Shown piece by piece: positions 25,809 through 34,720 of a stretch of 35,953 nt of DNA (the first letter of the stretch is position 1; every line of letters begins with the position of its first letter). Origin of the DNA: Patescibacteria group bacterium (GTDB lineage Bacteria; Patescibacteriota; Minisyncoccia; Phycocordibacterales; UBA2100). The DNA is taken from assembly GCA_015491135.1 (NCBI GenBank), contig WFWK01000070.1, positions 1-35,953 on the forward strand, given 5' to 3'. The notes beneath the pieces were generated by a model. The model made no database searches. It was not told the DNA's origin and was given only the letters and a program-made list of their open reading frames with translations. A program made the position numbers and the translations under genes.

Positions 25809-27905
25809 ATGGATTACACCAGTATTATCGAGCTTGCAACACATTCGTCAAATTTTTTGTTGCTTTCCGCTTTTGTTTTGGCGTTTGCCGAATCTTTGGC
25901 TTTTGTTGGGCTTTTAACACCTGGGACGGTAGCGGTTGGACTGTTGGGCGCTTTGGCTTCACATTCCCAAATTGAAATAACGAAACTTATGGTCATAACG
26001 GCTTTAGGGGCATTTTTAGGTGATTTTGCTAGTTTTTATTTGGGAAAATTTGCAGATAAAATATTCAGAGGAGGAAAACTGCAGAAGCTTCCACAGAACT
26101 CATATGTAAAAAGGGCAGAGGAATTTTTCTACAATTACGGAGGTGTCAGTGTTTTTTTGGGAAGGTTTATAGGACCGATAAGGCCCATTATACCTTTTGT
26201 GGCGGGAATGCTTAAAATGAAAACCGCCACATTCATTTGGTGGGATCTTACAAGTGCTGTTGCTTGGTCTGTTTCGGTTTTGGCAACCGGGTATTTCTTC
26301 GGAGAAGCGATAAAGGTGCTTATAAATCAATCTTTGAAAGCAGTTATTTTGTTTGGCTTTATCCTATTGTTCATTTTTATAATCTTTTTGGTAGATAGGA
26401 TAATTTTAAAAACCAAAGGAGTTTACAGCGAACTTTACAGATTAACAAAAGTTGCCTTCAGGGCAATTTTGGCAGATGAGAAAGTACAAAAGTTAATATC
26501 AAAATATCCAAAATTTGTTACATTCTTTAAAAACAGGTTTAAGAAAGACTTATACGGCCTTTATCTAACTTTGACCGTTTTATCGGTTTCTTATTTAACT
26601 TTTCTTTTTGTAAAAATTTATACAGGTTTAAAGTCCGGCATTGTAGCAGATAATGATTTGCGAATACTGAATTTGGTATCTATATTCCAAAATTTTCAGT
26701 TGGCAAAGTGGTTTTATTGGATAACCATATTGGGAGAGTGGAAATTTATAATACTTTTGTTCCCTGTATTGTTTTGGGTTTTGCGAAAAAAGATACACCT
26801 TTTTGTCTCCGCATTTGCAGGGTTTGCTTTGGTGGGTTTATCTGTAAAGATTCTTAAAAACATTATACAGAGACCGCGCCCTGAGCTTGCTATGATCTCT
26901 GAGACATCTTTTGCGTTTCCAAGTGGTCATGCGGCTTTTTCAACCTTTTTTTATGGATTTATTATTTATCTGATTTTTAAACTTTTAAAAAATTACTGGA
27001 GAGCCAAAATTAATTTGGCATTTGCGATTTTAATACTTATAGTCGCAATTGGATTTTCAAGAGTGTATTTGGGAGTTCATTTTGCAAGTGATATAGTAGC
27101 GGGGACTGTTTTAGGAATTGCAATTTTAATAATTACAATATACATATCCAAATATTTGGAGGGCAAATTAAAATTTGAATTTTGGCCGAAGTTAAACGGA
27201 CAGTATTTGATATTGAGCTTTGCTTTTATGCCTGCCGTTTTGTTCTTTTCATTTGAAGCAATGAAATATTCTGACATCAAAATACCGTACATACAAATAA
27301 CCCAAAATGAAAAATTATTTATTGAAGCTTTACCCGAACAGCTTAAATATTCAGAAACCATTTTTGGAACTCCACAGGAGCCGATGAATTTCATTATTCT
27401 TGCAAACTCAGATAAAGATTTGATAAAAGCTTTTGAGAGAGCCGGTTGGTCTTTGGCGGATAAGGCTGACACCAACTCTCTACTGAAAGCTTTGTATTCT
27501 TTGTTTACTCAAAATCCATACCCAAATGCTCCGATAACTCCGTCGTTTTGGAACAAGCAGGTTCATGACTTTGGATTTCAAAAGCAACTTCCAAATGAGG
27601 GTGTAAAAGCTCGGCATCATGCCAGATTTTGGAAGACGCCTTATATATTAAACGGAAAACGTGTTTATTTTGGGACAGCAAGTTTAGACAAAGAGGTTAA
27701 ATGGTTTATAACCCACAAAATAGATCCTGACATAGACACCGAAAGAGAGTACATATTTTCCGATTTGAAAAAAGCAGGAGCTATTGTAAGTTCAGAAAAA
27801 ATAAATTTGGTTAAACCGACTCTTGGTAAAAATTTTGCAGGTGATCCATTCTTTACAGACGGTAAGACTTATGTGTTAGAATTAAAAATGTTAACAAATA
27901 AATAA
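25809..27905 (+). CDS. fusion protein: DedA-family domain + PAP2 phosphatase + LssY-like C-terminal domain
   Basis: DedA-like N-terminus (GRFIGPIRPIIPFVAGM). PAP2 motifs KILKNIIQRPRP, PSGH and SRVYLGVHFASD. The C-terminal soluble domain carries ARHHARFWKT. Confidence 0.75.
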   Translation: MDYTSIIELATHSSNFLLLSAFVLAFAESLAFVGLLTPGTVAVGLLGALASHSQIEITKLMVITALGAFLGDFASFYLGKFADKIFRGGKLQKLPQNSYVKRAEEFFYNYGGVSVFLGRFIGPIRPIIPFVAGMLKMKTATFIWWDLTSAVAWSVSVLATGYFFGEAIKVLINQSLKAVILFGFILLFIFIIFLVDRIILKTKGVYSELYRLTKVAFRAILADEKVQKLISKYPKFVTFFKNRFKKDLYGLYLTLTVLSVSYLTFLFVKIYTGLKSGIVADNDLRILNLVSIFQNFQLAKWFYWITILGEWKFIILLFPVLFWVLRKKIHLFVSAFAGFALVGLSVKILKNIIQRPRPELAMISETSFAFPSGHAAFSTFFYGFIIYLIFKLLKNYWRAKINLAFAILILIVAIGFSRVYLGVHFASDIVAGTVLGIAILIITIYISKYLEGKLKFEFWPKLNGQYLILSFAFMPAVLFFSFEAMKYSDIKIPYIQITQNEKLFIEALPEQLKYSETIFGTPQEPMNFIILANSDKDLIKAFERAGWSLADKADTNSLLKALYSLFTQNPYPNAPITPSFWNKQVHDFGFQKQLPNEGVKARHHARFWKTPYILNGKRVYFGTASLDKEVKWFITHKIDPDIDTEREYIFSDLKKAGAIVSSEKINLVKPTLGKNFAGDPFFTDGKTYVLELKMLTNK

Positions 27906-27910
27906 GTAAT

Positions 27911-28525
27911 ATGAAAAACTTAAATACTTTGTTTACAATAGGAGTTCTGGTTTTTGTTTTAATTATTATTCTTTTAGCTTATAAAAATTATATGCAAAAC
28001 AAAATAAAAAACCCTGCAAATGAGCAAGCACTTGAACAATCAAAAGAGACAGTGGCGACAATTTACACAAACAAAGGCAAAATAAAACTCAGACTTTTCC
28101 AAGACAAGGCACCCAAGACGGTTGAAAATTTTGTAAAGTTGGCAGATTCCGGTTTTTACAATGGTGTAAGATTTCATAGAGTAATAAAGGGATTTATGAT
28201 TCAAGCCGGAGATCCTCTTACAAAAGATGAGTCAAAAAAAGCTCTGTGGGGCACAGGTGGGCCCGGATATACTTTTGAAGATGAAATTTATCCAGGCAAC
28301 AGCAATGCAAAATGGACAATTGCCATGGCAAATGCCGGGCCAAACACCAATGGAAGCCAGTTTTTCATAAACACTGCTGATAATTTTTTCCTAAATGACA
28401 AACATACAGTTTTTGGAGAAGTTACAAATGGGTTTGAAGTGGTACAAGCAATAGAAAACACCCCAACCGGAGAAAGAGATATTCCTCAAAAAGATATAAT
28501 AATAGAGAAGATAGAAATACAATAA
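27911..28525 (+). CDS. cyclophilin-type peptidyl-prolyl isomerase with N-terminal TM anchor
   Basis: FHRVIKGFMIQAGDP, GPNTNGSQFFI and HTVFGEV motifs. Confidence 0.9.
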   Translation: MKNLNTLFTIGVLVFVLIIILLAYKNYMQNKIKNPANEQALEQSKETVATIYTNKGKIKLRLFQDKAPKTVENFVKLADSGFYNGVRFHRVIKGFMIQAGDPLTKDESKKALWGTGGPGYTFEDEIYPGNSNAKWTIAMANAGPNTNGSQFFINTADNFFLNDKHTVFGEVTNGFEVVQAIENTPTGERDIPQKDIIIEKIEIQ

Positions 28526-28605
28526 TTATTCACATCTTTAAACTGGTGGAAGCCGTCTGTTTTTTGTAAAATAAATCAGGCACTAAGAAAAGAGGAGGTA
28601 TTAAA

Positions 28606-29070
28606 TTGTCCACACAAACTCTCAGAGTCAAAAAAGGCAGGGCACCACGTCAAAAACCCAAAAAACACATTCCTAAAGAACTTAGGAAAACACGGCACCA
28701 CAGAAGGCCGCGTAGACTCGGGGGCAATGGAGGCGCAGAGAATATTTCTCTGATACCGGCTGTTGAACATCAGGCTTGGCATACTCTTTTTAATCATATG
28801 CATGCATCTGCCATCGCCGGGGTTTTGGCATCAGTGTTTGAGAAGCCCCTTATTTTGCTTGTGGAAGATCAAAAAGTTGCTTCAATTGATTTTCAGTGCA
28901 CAGGGCTAAGCGCTCTTTACATTGACCCCTCCAACACTTTGGACTCCTTCAAAAGCAAGCAACAAAATGCATGGAATCTGCTGTGGGAAGGGTTATCTCC
29001 AAATGAAATTCTTGAAGATATAAACGCACGATTTCTTGACCCTGCGTATAAAATAGTTTTTGCAAAGTAG
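28606..29070 (+). CDS. small basic protein with an HNH-like (beta-beta-alpha-Me) motif
   Basis: TTG start preceded by GAGGAGGT. HH-RRPRRL-GG-NGGAE-N-ISLIPAVE-H-QAW-H reproduces the HNH spacing (H-6-GG-5-N-8-H-3-H) without the zinc cysteines. The N-terminus is polybasic. Confidence 0.5.
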   Translation: MSTQTLRVKKGRAPRQKPKKHIPKELRKTRHHRRPRRLGGNGGAENISLIPAVEHQAWHTLFNHMHASAIAGVLASVFEKPLILLVEDQKVASIDFQCTGLSALYIDPSNTLDSFKSKQQNAWNLLWEGLSPNEILEDINARFLDPAYKIVFAK

Positions 29071-29079
29071 ACTTGTTTC

Positions 29080-29114
29080 AAAAAACAGAGGAGGTTTGAA
29101 TCCTCCTCTTTTTT
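29080..29114. terminator. bidirectional terminator between the HNH-like gene and hsp20
   Basis: AAAAAAC-AGAGGAGG-TTTGAAT-CCTCCTCT-TTTTTT: a GC stem flanked by A- and T-runs between convergent genes. Confidence 0.7.
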
Positions 29115-29116
29115 AG

Positions 29117-29632
29117 TTAGCGACCGGCTTTTACTTTCAGTTTGGCTTTTTTTGCCTTATTGATTTTAGGCATGCGAATTGTAAGCAGGCCATGGTTTTC
29201 ATTTGCGTTTGAAGATTCAACATCTATCTCCTCGGGCAACAAAATTGTACGTGAAAAAGTTCCCCAGTTAAGCTCGCGAGTGAAGTAATCATCGTTCTCC
29301 GGCATATCTTGAGGCTCTCTTGACCCTTCAATTGTAAGCATGTCTCTTGCTATTGTTATATCAAGCATTGATGGAGTCGAAGCGGGTACAAAAGCCTGCA
29401 CAACTATTTCATTGTCTTTTTGGTAAACATCAACAGGGAGTTCAACTGAAAAATCTTGCAATATTTCATTTTCGTTCTCTTGGGCGGTTTTTTCATTGAA
29501 ATCGGCCTCAACTTCGTTATCAAAAAAACCATCAGTTTCCGAGTAGTTTTCAAAGGTGTCGTCTTCAATATAGTCGTCAACCTTTTCAGCTTCAAATACA
29601 AAAGATTTAACTTTTTGCCACCATTTGTTCAT
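29117..29632 (-). CDS. small heat shock protein (Hsp20/alpha-crystallin) with acidic N-terminal extension
   Basis: Alpha-crystallin domain: DVYQKDNEIVVQAFVPA ... FSRTILLPEEIDVESSNANENHGLLTIRMPK. I prefer the ATG at 29632 because TGTGTATAAT lies 6 nt upstream. Confidence 0.85.
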   Translation of the reverse strand: MNKWWQKVKSFVFEAEKVDDYIEDDTFENYSETDGFFDNEVEADFNEKTAQENENEILQDFSVELPVDVYQKDNEIVVQAFVPASTPSMLDITIARDMLTIEGSREPQDMPENDDYFTRELNWGTFSRTILLPEEIDVESSNANENHGLLTIRMPKINKAKKAKLKVKAGR

Positions 29633-29694
29633 ACAATCATTATACACAACTTTTCTCAAAGATTAATTATTTAACTGTGGGTAACCGGAAGACC

Positions 29695-30399
29695 TTATCT
29701 GTAGGGTGTGACAGCTTTTATTCTTTTGATTTTTTCAAATGCCAAAAGAAGAAAAATAAGACCAAGCCAGACAAATACAAATATTTCAAGCAAAGAAGAG
29801 CTGATTTGATTTAAAAGAGCATAGTTAAACGCTCCATGTATAACAATGGAAAGTGATACTCCAAACAACAGTGCAAACAGCTTTATCACTCTTGTTTTGT
29901 AAAAAGCTAACGCCATGGAAACCCCGATTGTTGAGGAGGCAAGCACATGCAAAAGTGTTGCTCCCAAGAATCTGAAATTACCGGTTAAAATGCTCTGCAA
30001 AAATCCATCGTTTGTAAGAGGTTTTAAAAGAAATAGAGCGTTTTCAGCGGCGGCAAATCCCAAGGCAATGGTTAACATGTAAATTACCACATCAATAGGT
30101 TCATCAACTATGTCTTTCCTGTAAAGAATTACAAAGTAGGCCACGGCAAATTTTAAGAGCTCTTCAATGGCAGCCCATGCCCAAATGGTTGCTTGCGGAT
30201 TTAGCACATCTTGCGCGTATTGTTCAAACGGAATAACCAAAGGAACCACAAACATTCCGGCGATAAAGGTTAGAATTATAAACTTTTTAGGTTCGGGATT
30301 TTTGGAATCTTCCTTGTACCAAAACCAAAGCCAAATAAGCGCCGGTAGTACACCTCCTAAAATTGCGTAAAAAATTGTCTCTATACTAAGCGAGTTCAT
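29695..30399 (-). CDS. PrsW-family intramembrane protease
   Basis: Multi-TM protein with EELLKF, GFAAAEN and HGAFN motifs. The start overlaps the valS stop by 14 nt. Confidence 0.75.
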   Translation of the reverse strand: MNSLSIETIFYAILGGVLPALIWLWFWYKEDSKNPEPKKFIILTFIAGMFVVPLVIPFEQYAQDVLNPQATIWAWAAIEELLKFAVAYFVILYRKDIVDEPIDVVIYMLTIALGFAAAENALFLLKPLTNDGFLQSILTGNFRFLGATLLHVLASSTIGVSMALAFYKTRVIKLFALLFGVSLSIVIHGAFNYALLNQISSSLLEIFVFVWLGLIFLLLAFEKIKRIKAVTPYR

Positions 30400-32551
30400 G
30401 TTTTAATTTAATATTTGACGGCCAACTTGAAATCATAATAAACTTTTCATCTTTCATATCGTCGGGAATTTCTTGCCAAATGGTTTCGGTCAAAAACGGC
30501 ATAAAAGGATGCAAGAGTTTAAGTTGAATTTTAAGCATTTCAAGCAAGAGAGTCGCTTTTGAAGAGGCGAGTTCTTTGTTATCACTTTGTAGGTCAGATT
30601 TGCTCTCTTCCAAAATTTTATCGGCAAATGTATGCCAAATATAGTGATACAGTTTTTCACTTGCCAAGTGCAGGTTAAATTTGGAAATATCTTCTGTTAT
30701 TTCATCAGCAAATTTTTGCAGTTCAACAAGGGTTTTTTGGTCGTTTGCGTTTATCTCTCCTTGGCCATGCTGTTCAATTTGGGTCAGTACAAAACGAGCT
30801 ATGTTCCAAACTTTGTTTGCAAATTTTCTGTAAGCGCCTATTTTGTTTACATCAAGGTTTAAATCTGTTCCGGGAGTGTTGCCAACCACAAGCGCCATAC
30901 GTAGCGCATCTGTTCCAAATTGATCAGAGACTTCTATTGGGTTTATTACATTTCCTTTGCTTTTGCTCATTTTCTGCCCCTTGGCATCACGGACAAGTCC
31001 ATGCAAGTAAACCCACTTAAATGGAGGCTTTCCCGTTCTGTAGATGCCGAGCATTATCATTCTTGTAACCCAGAAGAACAAAATATCATAAGCGGTTTCC
31101 ATAACTTCGGTGGGGTAGTAGGTTTTAAAATCATCACCATCCGGGTAATCCAAAATTACAAAAGGCCATTGACCGGAGGAGAACCAAGTATCAAAGGTAT
31201 CTTTTTCTTTTTCAACTTCACCGCCACATTTTTCGCACTTGTTTATCTTATCTTCCAAGTCAACAAATCCGGCATTGCAATTTTTGCAAATCTTTGCCGG
31301 TATTGGAATGCCCCAAGCGATTTGTCTTGAAATGTTCCAATCTTTTATGTTTTCAAGCCAGTGCAGAGCAACCCTTTTGTATCTTTCGGTTACAAATTTA
31401 ACTTCTCCGGAGACTATGGCATCAATCGCTTTCTGCGCAAGAGGCTTGGTTTTTATAAACCACTGTCGTTTGAGTTGTGGTTCTATTTCACGTTTACATT
31501 TGTAGCAAACCGGTACACTATGTTTGTAATCTTCATCAACTTTTACCAAAAGTCCTAGCTGGTCAAGTTTTTTCACAATTTTTGGGCGAGCTTCTTCTAT
31601 TTTCATTCCGGCAAATTCACCAGCAATAGGCAAGAGTCTACCTCTTTCGTCTATTATTTGTTCATAAGGAAGATTGTATTTTTGAGCGATTTCAAAATCA
31701 ATTTCAGAATGCCATGGCGTTATTGTCATAGCACCGGTTCCAAGCTCCGGGTCTCCAGCCTCATCCTTCAGCAAAGTTGCTTTTATCGTGCCGTTTATCC
31801 ACGGCACTTCAAAGGTTTGACCATGTTTGTATTTACTGTAACGTTTATCATCCGGATGAACGACAATGTATTTATCGGCAAATTTTGTTTCCGGACGAGC
31901 GGTCCCTATGACAAAAGGCCCGTATTTTATATAGTAGAATTTTTCCACCCGCTCTTCGTATTCAACCTCCAGGTTGGATAGTCCGGTTTGATGTTTGGGG
32001 CACCAGTTGACACTGCGTAAACCCCTATAGAGAAGCCCGTCTTCTTCAAGTTTTTTAAACGTTTTGTAAACTTGCTTTATAACTTTCTCATCAAGTGTAA
32101 AAGTTTCGCGTGACCAGTCACATGAAGCGCCAAGCCTTCTGAGTTGGTTTTCCATGTATTTTTTATTCTCTTGTGTAAAATCCCAAATTTCTCTGTAGAG
32201 TTCTTCTCTTGACATTTGAAAACGAGAACGTCCTTCTTTTGTAAGCTTTTTTTCGTAGACAACTTGAGTTTCAAAACCGGCATGATCCGCTCCCGGAACC
32301 CATAGAGCCTTAAATCCTTGCATGCGAGCAGTTCTTGTCAGTATATCTTGGAGAGTTACAAAAAGAGCATGTCCGGCGTGTAAAGAACCGTTTGCGTTTG
32401 GGGGAGGCATTATTATGCAATAAGGGTCACCATCTTTATTTTTTTCTTTTAAATTATCTGGGTTAAAAAAGCCGGAGTCCTCCCACATTTTGTAAATACT
32501 CTGTTCGTTTTCGGTTGGATTATAGGGTTTTGTAAATTTTTCCGAAACCAT
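30386..32551 (-). CDS. valS: valine--tRNA ligase (compact form)
   Basis: PPPNANGSLHAGHAL (HIGH region), KMSKSKGN (KMSKS) and a CP1 editing domain. I prefer the ATG at 32551 (MVSEKFTKPYNP). Confidence 0.85.
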   Translation of the reverse strand: MVSEKFTKPYNPTENEQSIYKMWEDSGFFNPDNLKEKNKDGDPYCIIMPPPNANGSLHAGHALFVTLQDILTRTARMQGFKALWVPGADHAGFETQVVYEKKLTKEGRSRFQMSREELYREIWDFTQENKKYMENQLRRLGASCDWSRETFTLDEKVIKQVYKTFKKLEEDGLLYRGLRSVNWCPKHQTGLSNLEVEYEERVEKFYYIKYGPFVIGTARPETKFADKYIVVHPDDKRYSKYKHGQTFEVPWINGTIKATLLKDEAGDPELGTGAMTITPWHSEIDFEIAQKYNLPYEQIIDERGRLLPIAGEFAGMKIEEARPKIVKKLDQLGLLVKVDEDYKHSVPVCYKCKREIEPQLKRQWFIKTKPLAQKAIDAIVSGEVKFVTERYKRVALHWLENIKDWNISRQIAWGIPIPAKICKNCNAGFVDLEDKINKCEKCGGEVEKEKDTFDTWFSSGQWPFVILDYPDGDDFKTYYPTEVMETAYDILFFWVTRMIMLGIYRTGKPPFKWVYLHGLVRDAKGQKMSKSKGNVINPIEVSDQFGTDALRMALVVGNTPGTDLNLDVNKIGAYRKFANKVWNIARFVLTQIEQHGQGEINANDQKTLVELQKFADEITEDISKFNLHLASEKLYHYIWHTFADKILEESKSDLQSDNKELASSKATLLLEMLKIQLKLLHPFMPFLTETIWQEIPDDMKDEKFIMISSWPSNIKLKHELA

Positions 32552-32579
32552 AATGCTATGGTAGCAAAACAAACCTTTG

Positions 32580-33737
32580 TTAACAAGGTTTAACAGTTTC
32601 TATGCTCCAGTTTGGGTCTGATTTTAGCTCATTTACATCAATTTGACAGTGGGGGTATGCAAACTCGGCTGTCGCGCTCATTAAAGCATTGTCTCCGGTT
32701 AAGTTTGCAGGGGCCTTGTATATATCTTTTTCAATATTCTTTTTTATCATCTCTGCAATGTGGCTGTTTGCAGATACACCACCTCCAATTATTACACTTT
32801 GTGCCTTGAATTCCTTTGAAGCTCTGGTGAGTTTTTCTGAAAGTACTTCAGCTGTTGCATCTTCAAATTCTCGCGCTATTGCAAGTTTCTTTTCGTCTGT
32901 AAGCTTGTTTTGCTTTTTTAAGTCATCTACAAAATATTTTACTGCGGTTTTAAGTCCGGAGAACGAAAAATCATATCCTTCTTTTAAAATCGGGCGAGGA
33001 AATTTTGTTTCAAGTTTAATGTTTTTCTCACGAGCTTCTTTTGCGAGTTTTGATATCTCGGGCCCCCCAGGGTAGGGGAGATCAAGCATTCTTGCAACTT
33101 TATCAAAAGCTTCACCTGCGGCATCATCAAGTGTCTCTCCGATTATTTTATAGTCTCCAAAATCTCTGATTAAAACAAGTTGAGTGTGTCCGCCCGAGAT
33201 AAGAAGAGCTAACGATGGTAGCTCGGGTTTTACGATGGTGTATGGATTATCTCCCTTTAAAAGGGTAGAAAAAATATGCCCCTCCATATGGTTTATGGGA
33301 ACAATCGGGGCTTTGGTTATTTTTGCAAGAGATTTTGCAAAATTTACTCCAACCCAAACTGCCGGATCAAGCCCGGGACCGGATACAACAACTATTTTTT
33401 CAAGAGGAATAAAGAAACCCGATTTCAAAAGTGTTGCCAAATGTACAAAAAGTTCAGGTTCTCTCTGCAAAACCTCTTTCAGTTCAGAGATTGTCTCTTT
33501 TTGGATTTCAATTTTCTGTAACTTAATTTTTGCATCTTTTATAAGTTGAACTAAAAGGGGAACCAGGTTTTTTGCATGCTCTCTTTTTGCAACATTGGGG
33601 AAAACACCTCCGTATTCTGCGTGTTTTTGAGCTTGTGAAAGAACGAGATGTGAGTGCACAAAAAGCCCCTCTTTTGTTTTTGAGGTTAAGGCAAGCGAGG
33701 TTTCATCACAGGTTGTTTCAATGGTTAAAGTATACAT
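32580..33737 (-). CDS. tsaD: tRNA N6-adenosine threonylcarbamoyltransferase
   Basis: ETTCDETSLAL N-terminus, HMEGH, GGHTQL and GGGVSAN motifs of the Kae1/TsaD family. Confidence 0.9.
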   Translation of the reverse strand: MYTLTIETTCDETSLALTSKTKEGLFVHSHLVLSQAQKHAEYGGVFPNVAKREHAKNLVPLLVQLIKDAKIKLQKIEIQKETISELKEVLQREPELFVHLATLLKSGFFIPLEKIVVVSGPGLDPAVWVGVNFAKSLAKITKAPIVPINHMEGHIFSTLLKGDNPYTIVKPELPSLALLISGGHTQLVLIRDFGDYKIIGETLDDAAGEAFDKVARMLDLPYPGGPEISKLAKEAREKNIKLETKFPRPILKEGYDFSFSGLKTAVKYFVDDLKKQNKLTDEKKLAIAREFEDATAEVLSEKLTRASKEFKAQSVIIGGGVSANSHIAEMIKKNIEKDIYKAPANLTGDNALMSATAEFAYPHCQIDVNELKSDPNWSIETVKPC

Positions 33738-33824
33738 AGTGTTTATTATACAGAATTTTTTGGTTCAGATATAACATCGTTTTCGCACAAAGCAACTTGC
33801 AGGACTGTTAATTTCAACAGCTTG

Positions 33825-34300
33825 GATTACTTTGCTGTACTGCCTTCAACTTACGCTTATCGCGTAGGTTTTTTGCGGCCCCACGGGGAATCGGTGTCAG
33901 CTCACTAAGCTCCCAAGCCCTTTCGTTGAAAGGGCTTGCTCGCTAAGTGGCTCCTGCTCCGCACCATACTTCGGTATACGATTGCCCACTTTCTTCACTA
34001 TATTTTATCATTCAAGCTTTTTATTATGTATGCTTATTGGTGCGTATGGTGTGAGCCTACCCGCCCAGACTGTGGATTTTCTAATGCACGCTTGCATTGC
34101 AAGCGGGGCGATGTGTTTCATTGCCCCTAGAAAATCTACAGTCTGGGCCTGGGCTCGCATTGTTTTCGCCTCGCTTTGCTTCGGCTCAAACATCGCTCCG
34201 CCTTTCGATTCCCCACGCAAAGCAAAGCAGATTGCTTTGCTGTGGTGCCTTACAAACCTACGCTTATCGCGTAGGTTTTTTGCGGCCCCACGGGGAATCG
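33825..34300 (-). mobile_element. non-coding insert downstream of tRNA-Glu, bracketed by ~70-bp direct repeats that include the tRNA 3' terminal 18 nt and its terminator
   Basis: The proximal repeat is 34230-34300 and the distal repeat is 33825-33893. The 41 nt ACGCTTATCGCGTAGGTTTTTTGCGGCCCCACGGGGAATCG are identical at 34260-34300 and 33853-33893. The interior 33894-34229 has no credible ORF and carries the nested IR element at 34073-34148. Confidence 0.55.
34073..34148. repeat. inverted-repeat element, copy 2
   Basis: Arms GCCCAGACTGTGGATTTT (34073-34090) and AAAATCTACAGTCTGGGC (34131-34148). The two inner hairpins match copy 1 with one compensatory A-T to G-C change. Confidence 0.8.
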
Positions 34301-34354
34301 AACCCCGCTTTCCAGGATGAAAACCTGGCGTCCTAGCCGATAGACGATGGGGCC
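34283..34354 (-). tRNA. tRNA-Glu (anticodon TTC)
   Basis: Manual cloverleaf: acceptor GGCCCCA/TGGGGCC, anticodon stem CCAGG/CCTGG with loop TTTTCAT, T arm CGGGG-TTCGATT-CCCCG. Confidence 0.9.
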
Positions 34355-34414
34355 GGACCAACGTATATTAGCATTTTTGTACAAAAAAACAATTCTGTGA
34401 TATTTTATACCAAC

Positions 34415-34502
34415 GGAGGGCTGCCCGGAACTGGTAACGGACCGCGCTCGAAACGCGGCGCGCCTTCGGCGCTTGTGGGTTCGAGTCCCACGCCCTCCGC
34501 CA
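34415..34502 (+). tRNA. tRNA-Ser (anticodon CGA), long variable arm, CCA encoded
   Basis: Acceptor GGAGGGC/GCCCTCC, anticodon stem CCGCG/CGCGG with loop CTCGAAA, variable arm CGCGCCTTCGGCGCTTG, T arm TGGG-TTCGAGT-CCCA, discriminator G plus CCA. Confidence 0.85.
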
Positions 34503-34674
34503 CGGCCCCTTAAAAATAAATATTTTACTTTAACCAACCATGAGCGCCCATGGGCTTATGTAGTGATGTCCTAAGATTGGAAAGTGGAGCTGGGCAGGCA
34601 AACAAAAAACGAGTCCGATGCAACGTATCGGGCGAGTATTTTTGTTCGGAGGAGTTGGTTTGAGGAAATATTTC

Positions 34675-34703
34675 TTGCACGGAAATGCATTAAAATTTAT
34701 AAT
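34675..34703 (+). promoter_or_regulatory. sigma70-type promoter of tRNA-Val
   Basis: -35 TTGCAC (34675-34680), a 17-nt spacer, and -10 TATAAT (34698-34703). The tRNA starts at 34721. Confidence 0.6.
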
Positions 34704-34720
34704 TACAATTGCAAACACTA

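Noticed and set aside
33936-34361. Three overlapping predicted ORFs (64, 112 and 117 aa) plus the 95-aa ORF at 34250-34537
   Set aside because: They lie entirely in repeat modules and across tRNA-Glu, overlap each other on both strands, and have no RBS or leaderless promoter. They are most likely artefacts of GC-rich repeats.
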